Part shown: piece after piece, positions 27,301 through 38,330 of the stretch
Numbering within the stretch: position 1 is the first letter of the stretch
How the letters are laid out: each line of letters opens with the position of its first letter
Assembly (NCBI GenBank): GCA_964016885.1
Contig: OZ024742.1
Coordinates: 355,136,001-355,200,000, forward strand
Direction of reading: 5' to 3'
DNA length: 64,000 nt
Source of the DNA: Eledone cirrhosa
Lineage: Eukaryota
Made by a program: the position numbers and the translations under genes
The notes under the pieces: model-generated
Database searches by the model: none
The model's input: only the letters and a program-made list of their open reading frames with translations
Told to the model about the DNA's origin: nothing

Positions 27301-27997
27301 AAACGAAGTGGTTGAAGCACCATATTTACAAGGAGGAGGCTATCCCACTGTGCAGGATCTGTGGAGAGAGAGAGGAGACTGTGGCTCACATTGTGTCCGA
27401 GTGTAAACACCTAGCCCAGACCCACTATAAGGGCTGGAGACACGATGTGATGGGCAGGGTGATCCACTGGCACCTGTGTAAAGTAAATAATTTACCACAT
27501 TCTGAGAAATGGTATGAGCATAGGCCAGATGCGGTGATGGAGAACAATCAGGTGAAGGTGCTGTGGGATTTTAGGATACAGACGGACAAAAGACTGGAAC
27601 ACAATAGACCTGACCTGGTGGTTGTGGACAAAGAAAAAAGATCGTGTCTGATTGTGGATGTGGCCTGCCCGTTCGATACGAGAGTGCAAGAGAAGGAGAG
27701 GGTAAAAGATTAACCGATACCAGGACCTAAAGTGGGAGGTGAAAAGGATTTGGAACTGCCATGAAGTCAAAGTGATCCCGATTGTCATAGGCGCACTGAG
27801 ACTATCTCCAAAAGTTTCCAAGGATGGTTAAAGAAAATCGGCCCCTTCACGCTTTTTGGAACGCTTCAAAAGGCATGCTTGCTTTGAACAGCAAGAACCA
27901 TCCGATACGTCCTGAATATCTGAGGCTGCAGGTAGTGGCTTGATATTCAATCCAACGGACTATCCAGTTAACCAACATCAATGACTGAGATTCAAGG
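24400..27997 (+). mobile_element. Near full-length R4/Dong-clade retrotransposon, family A (copy 4)
   Basis: Single interrupted ORF running from N-terminal WTKELN.VMQCY through RT, CCHC and PD-(D/E)xK endonuclease. (AAC/AAT)n tail. Confidence 0.93.
24532..27923 (+). pseudogene. R4/Dong polyprotein (RT + restriction-like endonuclease); longest open segment 25536-27713 (725 aa)
   Basis: WKSPGPDG, YRPITCL, DYRKAFD, QGDSL, FMDDLKL, CRICG..H...C, RPDL..D..K. Stops and frameshifts at both ends. Confidence 0.92.
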
Positions 27998-28009
27998 AAT
28001 AACAACAAC

Positions 28010-28071
<62 letters not shown>
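27998..28071. repeat. (AAT)n tract shared as the tail of the R4 element (plus) and the SINE (minus)
   Basis: Direct reading. Confidence 0.95.
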
Positions 28072-28072
<1 letters not shown>

Positions 28073-28257
28073 TGTTTCTACTTTAGGCACAAGGCCAGCA
28101 ATTAACCAGTGCATTACTGGTACTTTATTTTATCGACCCCGCAAGGATGAAAGTCAAAGTCAACCTCGGCGGGATTTGAACTCAGATCGTAAAGGGACGT
28201 AACTATGCTGGAAAGCATGGCGTCTGACCCTCTACCGATACTACCAATCGACGCCCT
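28072..28257 (-). mobile_element. Nin/Deu-domain tRNA-SINE, full length, flanked by AAT repeats
   Basis: A box TGGTAGTATCGG, B box GTTCAAATCCC, CTTTCATCCTTGCGGGGTCGATAAAATAAAGTACC, and an ATT tail. Confidence 0.88.
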
Positions 28258-28280
28258 TATAATAATGATAATAATAATAA

Positions 28281-31093
28281 CAAACTATAATGTAGGTGAA
28301 CATGTTAAACAAACTAAACTCAGAAAATTGAAAAGAAAGTACAGTATAACATCAACAAGTGACATAGACATGCTGATAGAAATAATCAAGCAAAAAGTGT
28401 CGGCCAAAGCTGCTCGTATAAGTCGCTTTGAAAAACGATCTAGATCGTATAAGGACAATAATATGTTCAAAAACAACCAAAGAAACTTCTCCAGAAAAAT
28501 TGGAGAGTCAACAATAACTGCTAAATCAATACCACCCAAGGAGGTAGTGCAAGAATTCTGGGAAAAGATCTGGGCCGAAGAAAAGGTTCATAATATACAT
28601 GTCCCATGGATAGACAGACAAATGAAATTACAGCTCACCTTGAGGAACAAATATGGGTAAATATAACATTTGAACAGTTGCGTTTTGCTCTAAGAAAAAC
28701 CAGCAAATGGAAATCCCCAGGAAAAGACAAAATAGAAAATGTTTGGATAAATGCCTCCACAGAGTCGCATGAGCTGTTAGCCCTACTTTACAATGAAATA
28801 GTTAAGGAGCCAGAAAAGATACCATTATGGCTAGTTAACGGCATTACATTCCTGCTTCCGAAGAATGATGAGACAAACAATCCCAAAAATTACAGACCGA
28901 TAACTTGCTTGACCACGATGTATAAAATTTTAACATCAGTTCTAACTGAATATACATATGACCACCTGATATCAAATGACCTATTTCCCATTGAGCAGAA
29001 AGTGTGTAAACGAGGCTCATATGGCTGTAAGTATCAGCTTTTGGTTACCAAAATGATACTGGAAAATTGTCATAAAAATCTATCAATTGCTTGGATAGAT
29101 TATAAAAAAGCATTCGATAGTTTGCCACACAGTTGGATTGAAAAATGTTTAGATATTTTCAAAATATCTCCCGTTGTCAGGATGATTTTGTCATTCAGTA
29201 TGAAGACATGGAAAACGACACTCCTTTTTAATAGTGAAATAAAATCACTGGAAGCTGGAGAAGTTAATATTAATTGTGGAATTTTTCAGGGTGACTCTTT
29301 ATCACCGCTTTTATTCTGCATCGCACTTACACCATTAAGTAAAATGCTCAATGAAACAAAACATGGATATAAAGTCTATGACAAAATCATTAATCACTTG
29401 TTCTACTTGAATGACCTGAAACTATTTGCAAAAAATGATGAACAATTGCAAGGGCTATTATCCACTGTGAAGCAGTTCAGTGATGACATTAAAATGGAGT
29501 TTGGACTAGATAAATGCGCCAAAGCAACGTTCACCAGAGGAAAGCTGCTGAAATGTTCAGACATTAATCTTGACCGGGGGAATGTGATAAGAGAACTTGA
29601 TCAAGAGGAAACTTACAAATATCTAGGTGTTTGTGAAGGAGATGGAATCAAGCACTCGACAATGAGTGAAAGGATAAGGAAAGAATTTTACCGCAGAATA
29701 AGAGCAATCTTAAGAACGGAATTGAATGCAAGGAATAGGATCGATGCCATAAACACGCTTGTTATACCAGTAGTAACCTACAGTTACAATATCATCAACT
29801 GGTCAAGCACAGAGATCTGTAGGCTCGATACAAAAATTCGAAAATTCTTAACCATGCACAGAATGCATGACCCTAAGGCAGATACAGATATATCTCCCTA
29901 GGAAAGAAGGAGGACGTGGGTTAATCCAGTTAGACACTGCGTTGAAAACTGCAACAATTGGATTATCTACATATCTAAGGGAACCACATGATTGGATGAT
30001 CAAACTCGTTTTGAAACACGAAAGCATCAACAGATCATACTCCATTACAAAAGATGCACAACGATACAGTAAGGGACTACAAATTTCAGAAGTCCCATTT
30101 ATTGCTGAAATGGAAAACACAGAAAAAGCAAAGCAGGTAAAAGTAACTGCAAAGAAAGAACTGCTACAGAAACTGGCTAAGAAATGGCAAGAAAAGCCTC
30201 TGTATGGAAAATACCCAGAACGAGCTAACAATCCTGAAGTTGACTAAACATTAACCTATCAGTGGTTGGCATCCTCTGGACTGAAATCGGAGACTGAAGG
30301 ACTGATTATATCAGCACAAGATCAGTGTCTGCCAACAAAAAATTACCAAGCCAACATAATAAAAAATGGATGCAGCCCATTATGCCGTGTATGTAAAAAA
30401 CAACCAGAGACCATTGACCATATAATTTCAACGTACAGTCCTATAGCTCGAACTGAATACCTAAACAGGCATGACAGAGCTGCACAATACATACATTGGA
30501 TAATGTGTAAGCATTTTGATCTGCTCCATCAAAAGAATTGGTGGGAGCATCAACCACCTCCCATACTTGAAAAAGATCACATCTCAATCTTGTCGAACTT
30601 TATCATCCAAATAGACCGAAATATAGATGCAAATAGACCTGATATAATATTGAAGGACTTTAAAAAGAGGGTATGCCTGCTAATTGATATGTCCGTTCCA
30701 ATAGACAAGAATGTATCTATAAAAACATTTGAAAAATTGAGCAAGCATAAGGAACTGGAGATAGAAATTGGAAAAATGTGGAAATTGAGAACTAAAACAA
30801 TACTAGTGGTTGTAGGCGCTCTAGGAATGATACCTAAGGGGTCTAATGATTACTTATCGCAAATCCTAGGAAACCCGCGTATAGGGGAAATACAAAAGAT
30901 AGTACTAATGCGAACTGCCCATATACTAAGGAAGTTTCTGTCAATATAAGTACATCACAAATCTCAACACCTAAAGATGCATGTGTGAGTATGTATGTTC
31001 TTTCTTGAACATGGCGGACCTTGTTGTCTCTTTAGGTCACTGGTTGTGATGGTGATAACAGGTATGAACATAAAGCAAGATAAATGCAGCTGT
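28281..31093 (+). mobile_element. R4/Dong-clade retrotransposon family B, 5'-truncated and interrupted
   Basis: ORFs 28606-29901 (YRPITCL, DYKKAFDS, QGDSLSP, YLNDLKL) and 30266-30949 (CRVC..ETIDH, RHD, RPDII..D..K). (AAT)n on both sides. Confidence 0.92.
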
Positions 31094-31131
31094 AATAATA
31101 ATAATAATAATAATTATTATTATTATAATAA

Positions 31132-31322
31132 TCAAAAGGTTTCCAGGGATGGTTAAAGAAAATTGGCCCCTTCACCCATTTTAAAACGCTTCAAAAGGCA
31201 TGCTTGCTGGGAACAGCAATAACCCTCCGATACGTCCTGAATATCTGAGGCTGCAGGTAGTGGCTTGATATTCATTTCAACAAACTTTCCAGTAAACTAA
31301 TATCGATGACTGAGACTCAAAG
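31132..31322 (+). mobile_element. R4/Dong family A, 3'-terminal fragment
   Basis: Matches the 3' ends at 12520-12711 and 23170-23360. AAT repeats on both sides. Confidence 0.9.
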
Positions 31323-31337
31323 AACAATAATAATAAT

Positions 31338-31588
31338 TGAGTGTTGCCGTACATGGCAACACTCATCTTTTTCCATTTCTCCGACGGTTATAAACCCCAC
31401 TATCATGCTAGAAATTTCTTTAGTCTAAAATACGGTGAAAGTTTATAATTTCTAATTTCAAATTTCAAACTCGCGCACCGTTTCAAAAAACATACTTACA
31501 TGTTTACATTTATAATTTGCTTGTTTATAATTCACTTGCTAAGTTCATAGCTTCTAATTCGAATGGAAGGAGACGGGATGTGTATTGG
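31338..31588. repeat. Short insertion headed by a perfect 11-bp hairpin (possible Helentron/HINE-like repeat)
   Basis: TGAGTGTTGCC-gtacat-GGCAACACTCA at 31338-31365, lying between AAT tracts. Confidence 0.35.
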
Positions 31589-31600
31589 AATAATAATAAT

Positions 31601-31708
31601 TGTTTCTACTTTAGGCACAAGGCCAGCAAATACTCAGTGAATTACTGGTACTTTATTTTATCGACCCCGTAAGGTTGAAAGGCAAAGTCAACCTCGGCGG
31701 GATTTGAA
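31601..31708 (-). mobile_element. Nin/Deu-domain SINE, 5'-truncated at the B box
   Basis: Matches 28072-28180. Confidence 0.85.
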
Positions 31709-31724
31709 AGAACAATACTAATAC

Positions 31725-31797
<73 letters not shown>

Positions 31798-31806
31798 AAA
31801 AATAAT

Positions 31807-31960
31807 GTTTTCTTTATTAACCACAAGGGTTCACATAAAGTAGACATTAAGGACACTACAGGACAATACAGGACGGTACAAATGGGCATTTCTGCGTGTA
31901 AAAAAAACAGAGGTTGAAATAAAATAACAAAGAAAAATTCCCCAATAGGGGGGATACTAA
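31807..31960 (-). mobile_element. Tx1 3' UTR-only insertion
   Basis: Matches 13932-14085. Preceded by (AAT)n at 31712-31806. Confidence 0.88.
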
Positions 31961-31994
31961 AAATAATAATAATATTATATATTAATAATGCAAG

Positions 31995-32075
31995 AGTAGC
32001 ATACTGGTCTTGCCATGGGCTGGATATATTACAAGAAGACATTTAACATGATTCTTCATTCTTGGATTATTAAGA
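31995..32075 (+). mobile_element. Small R4 RT fragment
   Basis: Matches the HTGLAMGWIDY..AFDMVPHSWI coding region at about 26155-26230. Confidence 0.6.
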
Positions 32076-33044
32076 ATTCTTGTATCAGTTCGGCACTCAT
32101 TCAATCGATCATTGTACATTAACACGTGCAGGTAGCTGTTGGGGTCAGTTGTCTAGGCTTTTGACTAATTAGCCTTCATTGCATCTCTGTGGGATTTGGA
32201 AATGCTTGATTGTGTCCATTTTATCTCTAAGTTATTATGACAAATACATAATAATAATTATACCAATGAATTCCTGAGTTTTATATCGGACAATAATATT
32301 CGATGTGTTTGCTGGCAAACAGCCTCATTGCGCTATGAGGTTTTGATGACCATCGCCATCTTTTGTTATAGCGGTGACAGAGAAAAATAATAGACAACAT
32401 TATTTCTGTTTTATTGCTCTTTGTCAAGATTGACTGCAGATCACTAGAACTCTCGAGAACATATAGAACTCTCTAAAATATCCGCTATGCTAGAGTGAAA
32501 AACCAAATTCTAATTTTGTTTTTAATAATTACGCAAATATCTACAGTGATAGAAACAAAACTTGTCCTTTCTATTTTAAGCAAGGGAGATTAATTGGTGT
32601 AGGCGTATGAAAACGGGATTAGATTTTACAGTATTGATTTTTATGAAATTTGATTTAAAATACACTTCCTTGATCGATATAATTAGTAATTGTAAAACAG
32701 AACGATTGATTCACTAAAACGTGTCATAATTAAGTGAATTGTTCTGATACAAAAAAAAATTAATGTAAAATCAATGGAAATGATAGTGGTAGCTGAAAAG
32801 CATTCTTGGGCTACTTAGTTCATCCCCTCATTTATCTACATATTCTTCATACATCTACAATATATACATTCCTTTCTTTCGAGGGAATCTTAAAAAATAT
32901 TTCTGCAATATAAAATGTTCTACTCATTTCATTGTTGATTTCCATGTATGTCTTTTAAATGTAAGCTTATAATTTCTAATTGATAACAGTAAAGTTGTAC
33001 GAAGGCTAATTTGTTTGCCGATTAGTACTTAATAATACACTCCA

Positions 33045-33385
33045 CTGGCCTTCACAAAAGGGAGCACCGAGAAAGCCATACATGGCCTGTTTGACGAAAT
33101 CCCTTTGTTCCAGTCGCATTGACCATCGCCGGTGCTCCAGTCTAGCTTAGAAGCACGACGCCTGGCGTCTCACCATCAACCTTGTTGTCACCTCCTTCGA
33201 AAATACACGCGGGACCACCTTCGCGGTCAAATGTCACAGGCGGATGAAACCTAACACCAAGTCAGTAAACCGTGAACATATCTTCAGCTCTAAGCGATGT
33301 GGTCGTGCCCGTCTTTCTTGCAATGATCTGAAAAGCAAGGATCGTGGACCACACTTTTCTTAATATTCGTTCGCAAAGTCAATCT
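33045..33385 (+). mobile_element. RTE-clade LINE 3' end remnant
   Basis: Decayed C-terminal peptide (SL...IDH...LA..HDAWRLTI...FE.TR, F.C.RCGR-like) and RTE-like terminal TTCGTTCGC.AAG. Confidence 0.6.
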
Positions 33386-34320
33386 GTCCGTGAAAACTTC
33401 ATTTTCTCAACATGTATAAAAACGTCAGATTTGGTATTGTTTTTTTTTTTTTTTTTTTTGTTGAATGACTTATAAACGGAGATTTGCATATTTACGTATA
33501 GAGAACTTTAATAATTAATTGTGTTGTCTTGATTGTTACAATTTAAAATTTGTTCGTTAAATTTATAGATCACTAATCATGTGTTTATCTGATTAATTTG
33601 CATTTGTTCTAAGTGCATCTACATTCAGATATATGTATGTGGCATTTCAATTTGCTTATTTACCTATAGACTTGCTGCAGGTTTAGCTATTAGTATTAAT
33701 CTTAGTTTGACTTTTATAGGTTCGATATGGTTGATTGTTAGCCTAGACATCGTTTTAACGACGTATGGAATTCAATTGTAAGCAAGGATATTTCTGAATA
33801 GGAATAATTGAGCAACGTTTTAGTGTAATGCATATATTGATAGTATGGATTAGTAGAAACCATTTACATGAGATAATAGAAAACAATCTCTAGTGCATTA
33901 ATGCACTGATCTTACGAGCAAAATTAATCAGCAGACGCCCCCGAGCAATCTGGTTGGATAACATCAATTGGCTTAGTTGGTGCCTTTTGGGATCCGGATA
34001 GATCTTTTAGACACGGTTGCTTCTGACGGTGGAAGGAGTTTTTGAGGACACCATCTCCTCAAACCCCTCAGGAATAAGTAGACAAAGAGAAATAAGAACA
34101 AGAAGACAAAGATGAACCCGAGTAAATGCCAATGCATGTATCGCGCTAAAGATGTTCTTTGGTAATCACCCGACTGCATGCAACACTTTAAACCACAGTC
34201 TAGGCGGAAGTATATGTGTACTAATGAGAAATAAATTGTAAATTATATGCTATAAGAGTCTGTAGTAGTGGGGACTTCCGGCGTTCTTGCCCCCGGGCCC
34301 ACATCCCTACTCATTGATAT

Positions 34321-34719
34321 TGTAGCGGAGTTGGCCGTCGTGGGGTGCGAGCCCCGCGAGGTGGAGTGTCTGCTCCGTTGCGTCTCCATCGAGGTCATCC
34401 TGACGCAATATATTTTCCATCCTGTCGGCCGGTACCCAGAGGTGAAAGGTAAGCTAGTTAGAAGTGGAGGATACTTGTTCAGACGTCACTTTCTAATTCT
34501 TTAAAATTCTATGCTTTCCCATTCCTCATCTCTTAGTTCTTCTCTATCCTGCGTAACGCAGGTCATATACATTTTTAAGCTGTCGCTCTTCATATTCTCA
34601 TTTCGGTGCCGGTATTTTAAGGTGGAGTAACTAGCTTATGTCAAGTACTTTAACCTACTACTGAATTTCAAATAAAACTTACGACATTCCTTAGTGTCCT
34701 TTCGGCATCTTCTGCTAAA
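34321..34719 (+). mobile_element. Possible solo LTR
   Basis: Starts TGTAGCGGAG and ends with the imperfect complement TTCTGCTAAA. AATAAA about 45 nt from the end. GC-rich 5' part. No clear TSD. Confidence 0.4.
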
Positions 34720-35557
34720 ACGCATGATTAGGTGGTGGTGGTGGTGTGGGGTGGGGGGGGGGGAAGTACCGATTTCCTCATTAGTATGTATTGCTTTATT
34801 GATAATTCTGATTTCTCAATAACCATTCTCTTGTCAGCGAATGTTTGTGACTGGGATGTGAAAACAGAAGAGTTTATCACAAAACTAGCTAGAGTAAAAG
34901 AAAATCTCATTGAAAGCTGTCGGGTATTCTAGAGATTTTTCACGAGGGTAGAATAAATTTAATGGAATGGAAAAATTGTGGCAAGAAGAAAAGCAGTCAA
35001 TTAAATGAAAGACCGATATTTTGATAAAAATCTTTGAAATTAATATTACATGGAAATAGTGTTATAGCAAGACAGATTTACAGTGGTAGTTGAATCAATG
35101 CTGTTTTCGTTGATGTTGATGCTGATAATGATACTGTTATATGAATATATATGTAGTCTTAAGACAACGATCTTTACAATGAAATATTTTTTGCGTTCTA
35201 ATGATTTCTATTGTGTTCAATCAGCTTGTCACGTATAACGTTGATTACAGTCCTGTTAGCCAAGAAGCGGCTTTAATTTTACCAAAAATTATGGATGGAT
35301 AACTTTCTCGCAGTTTCCATTTATGAAACATTGGCATGAAATTTTCATCATTTCACGATACATTTCTAAGTGTATAGTGTCAAAGATCGGCATTTCAAAC
35401 GAAGTTTATATGGCAAGTAAGCATAAATCACAATCCTTATTTATGCCTTACTATTATCAATAATATCAGTCTCCACTGACTCATCAGGCTATCTAGTTTT
35501 AAATTGCCTGGTGTTATTTACTGTTAGGAAATAATTGGAGGGTAAAATTTGTATTAA

Positions 35558-35746
35558 CCCTTTAGCATTCAAAACGGCCGTATCCTGCCAGAATTCTTTC
35601 ACCTTTTTCTGTTCAAACCGGCCATAACTGATGGTAGGTTCTCAAAATAAATAATACCAAAATCTCATAGATTCAATATTATGTGAGATAATGTCTTTAC
35701 CACGAACATACAATAGTAAATATAGAGTAATGTAACTGCTAAACGG
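35558..35746. mobile_element. piggyBac-type MITE
   Basis: TTAA-CCCTTTAGCA...TGCTAAACGG-TTAA: TIRs with one mismatch and a TTAA target duplication. Confidence 0.75.
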
Positions 35747-36820
35747 TTAATGTGCATTTTCATCAGGATTAACAGGCAAACCAAAATAATTAATTAAATT
35801 CCAAAGGATGAAAGGATGATTATTGAGGTAAGTGTTATATAAAACACTAAATCTGTTAAATTAATCAACGCACCCTGTTAATGAATAGAGACTTACTGTG
35901 TTTTCGTTGGATTTTCTTTTCTGGGAGACAAAAGTAATTGTTTAATTCATTACACAGTTCATATATTGCTTAACTTCTTAGACAGTTGCCCGAGAAACGG
36001 GTTTACTCTCATTGGTTAACGCTACTCTTTGAAGGATATTTTTTTTTATTATCGAAGTAATCAGGAGGGGAACATTACACAATGAAACTAACGGGAAGTG
36101 GAAGAGACGGGCTATTTCTATACCCGATATATTTCCGTTGCTTTCCTAAAATAGTATGGTGAGAGCATTGCTGTGGTTGCTAGACAGCAACACCAGCTAT
36201 ATCAAACACTCTACCTCGCGAGGCTTCAACTTTTGGCAGGATGCATTACTGAGTCGTATTCATCATTTGCAACTCAAGCTCAAATTAATGCTGTGAAAAA
36301 TGAGTATATATTTTCTTAGTAGTACTTATTTCTTAAGATACACACCGATCCCTGGCCTACATGGGAGATATGTGGCTCAGCTTCAGTATATGTAGACTCG
36401 CCTAACTCTTAGTAAAAGGGAAAGTGGACGTTTTAATGACAATGATGTTGATTATTACATATAATCTTACTTTCCTTTTTGATGACATGAATTCCATTTA
36501 TTGTCTATAAACTTTTCTCTAATTTGTTTGCAGGTAAGGGAAATTATTTTCATGAACCAAACAAATATCATCTCTTCCCTCCTGGTTAATTATGATTTTT
36601 CCAAATAATTCAATAAAGCAAAATACCCTTAAAATGATATAAAATATCAGCCACTACAAGAATTAACCACAATAGATGGCGAATTTGAAATGTTCTACTT
36701 TGTATGAAATATATCTCAAGCATTTCACTAGTGGTATTTCTACATTAATAGACTATCTCACTCACACACACACACACACACACACAGGGTGTTATCTTTT
36801 CAGAAATGTACATCAATAAT

Positions 36821-37006
36821 TGTTTCTACTTTTGGCACAAGGCTAGCAAATACCCAGTGCATTACTGGTTCATTATGTTATTGACCCCGTAAGCATGAAA
36901 CGCAAAGTTAACCTCGGTTGGTTTGAACTCAGAATAGCAAGGGGCGTAACTCTATACGTCAACACATGGTGTCCGACCCTCTACCGAAACTGCCAATACA
37001 CCGCCC
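36821..37006 (-). mobile_element. Nin/Deu-domain tRNA-SINE
   Basis: Colinear with 28072-28257. AATAAT on both flanks. Confidence 0.85.
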
Positions 37007-37599
37007 AATAATGTTATGACAGTCTTTTGTTTTGTCGACTTTCTGTAAACATACTTTATTCACTTCAAACTTATATTTGACGTTAATCTTTTGCCTGAAA
37101 AAGCTAAGACAATAGATAATAGCAATCAGAGTGACACAAATATAAACTAAATTACGTTAATACAGTTACAAATACGATTAAGATATGTTTGGTTATTTGG
37201 AAGACTGACAGGTTAATAAGAAAGTACAAAGAACTGTGATTGAGGACGATAGAAATTTAACTTATTCGCCCACGCCATTTCTCAGCTTTCTCTCACAAGT
37301 CTTCCATAATAATTCCATTAGATAATGGATGGAAAATCTCAAAATATTTTGCATCATTAAAATTTACTAAAGTAAATTCCACTGTGTTCTTTTTATTATA
37401 CTATTTTCCTGTTAGCTTGGCATTCTCAGGCTTTCAAGTAAATGCCAAGAACGCTTTTACGTCGAGATATAATCTGTATAATTAAAAAAAGCAGTGTAGG
37501 AAACAAATCACTAGAAGTTATTTTCGAAATATAGATTTATCAATGTTCTAGAAACATGTGAATTAGACTTCTGTTTCACCAATTCGTTTCATATTTCTT

Positions 37600-38330
37600 T
37601 CTCCACTTCCCCAACTTATTCTTGAGGCGGTCGTGAGGTAGTCGCATCAGACAAGCCTTCCCAAGGAGTCCTCTCCAAAGCAAATGTATCCGACTAGATC
37701 CCCAGCTGAAACCGAATATGCTTATGGCTGTTATTCAACCATATTTCTTGTGGTCGAATTCTGGGTTTCCTGACGGCTTGATTTTACTCGTAGAATCTAT
37801 CGTACTACTTTTCATTAACATTTCATTCCCCTAGTATCGGAGCTCTGATCATTGGATGTGGAGTGAATCTTTGATCTCCGATCTACACAAGCTATCGGAT
37901 ATCGTTACTCCAGAGACCCTTCGCAACAACTCCAATTCAGCCGCTTCTATTTGTAATTGTACACATTCAGTCATCATCTAAGTTTCAGGGTAGTATGTAA
38001 AGGTAGTCATGAAAAACGAAATGAATATAGAGGTTTTGGCTTTTACACATTCCTTCTGACCGAGATCTGAAGCTTGCGTATTATTCCACCAACTCCAGCA
38101 ATTATTTTACTTAATTCGGTTTCCTACTTTTAATGCCTCGAGATAATGGACCAAGAATATTTGATGTTTTCCACCTGCTTCCCTGTATCTCCGCTTTCAT
38201 TCAAATCGCATTGCGTGGGCTTTCTTGAGAAGAGGAAATTATCATTCCTTACAGCACTAACTTTCATTACTACATTCCAGAAACCTTGTGCAGTGTCTTT
38301 CTGAAATAAACTGGAGACGAGTTAATTAGA
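37600..38330 (-). mobile_element. RTE/Expander-like LINE 3' remnant
   Basis: Minus-strand peptide MTECVQLQIEAAELELLRRVSGVTISD..RSEI, typical of the post-RT region of RTE elements. Confidence 0.6.

Noticed and set aside
25536-27713. 725-aa ORF as an active gene
   Set aside because: It is the middle of an R4 ORF, with stops upstream and a frameshift and stop in the endonuclease end.
5288-31990. Repeat-spacer pattern of (AAT)n tracts as a CRISPR-like array
   Set aside because: Eukaryotic microsatellites of variable length separated by retroelements, with no cas genes.
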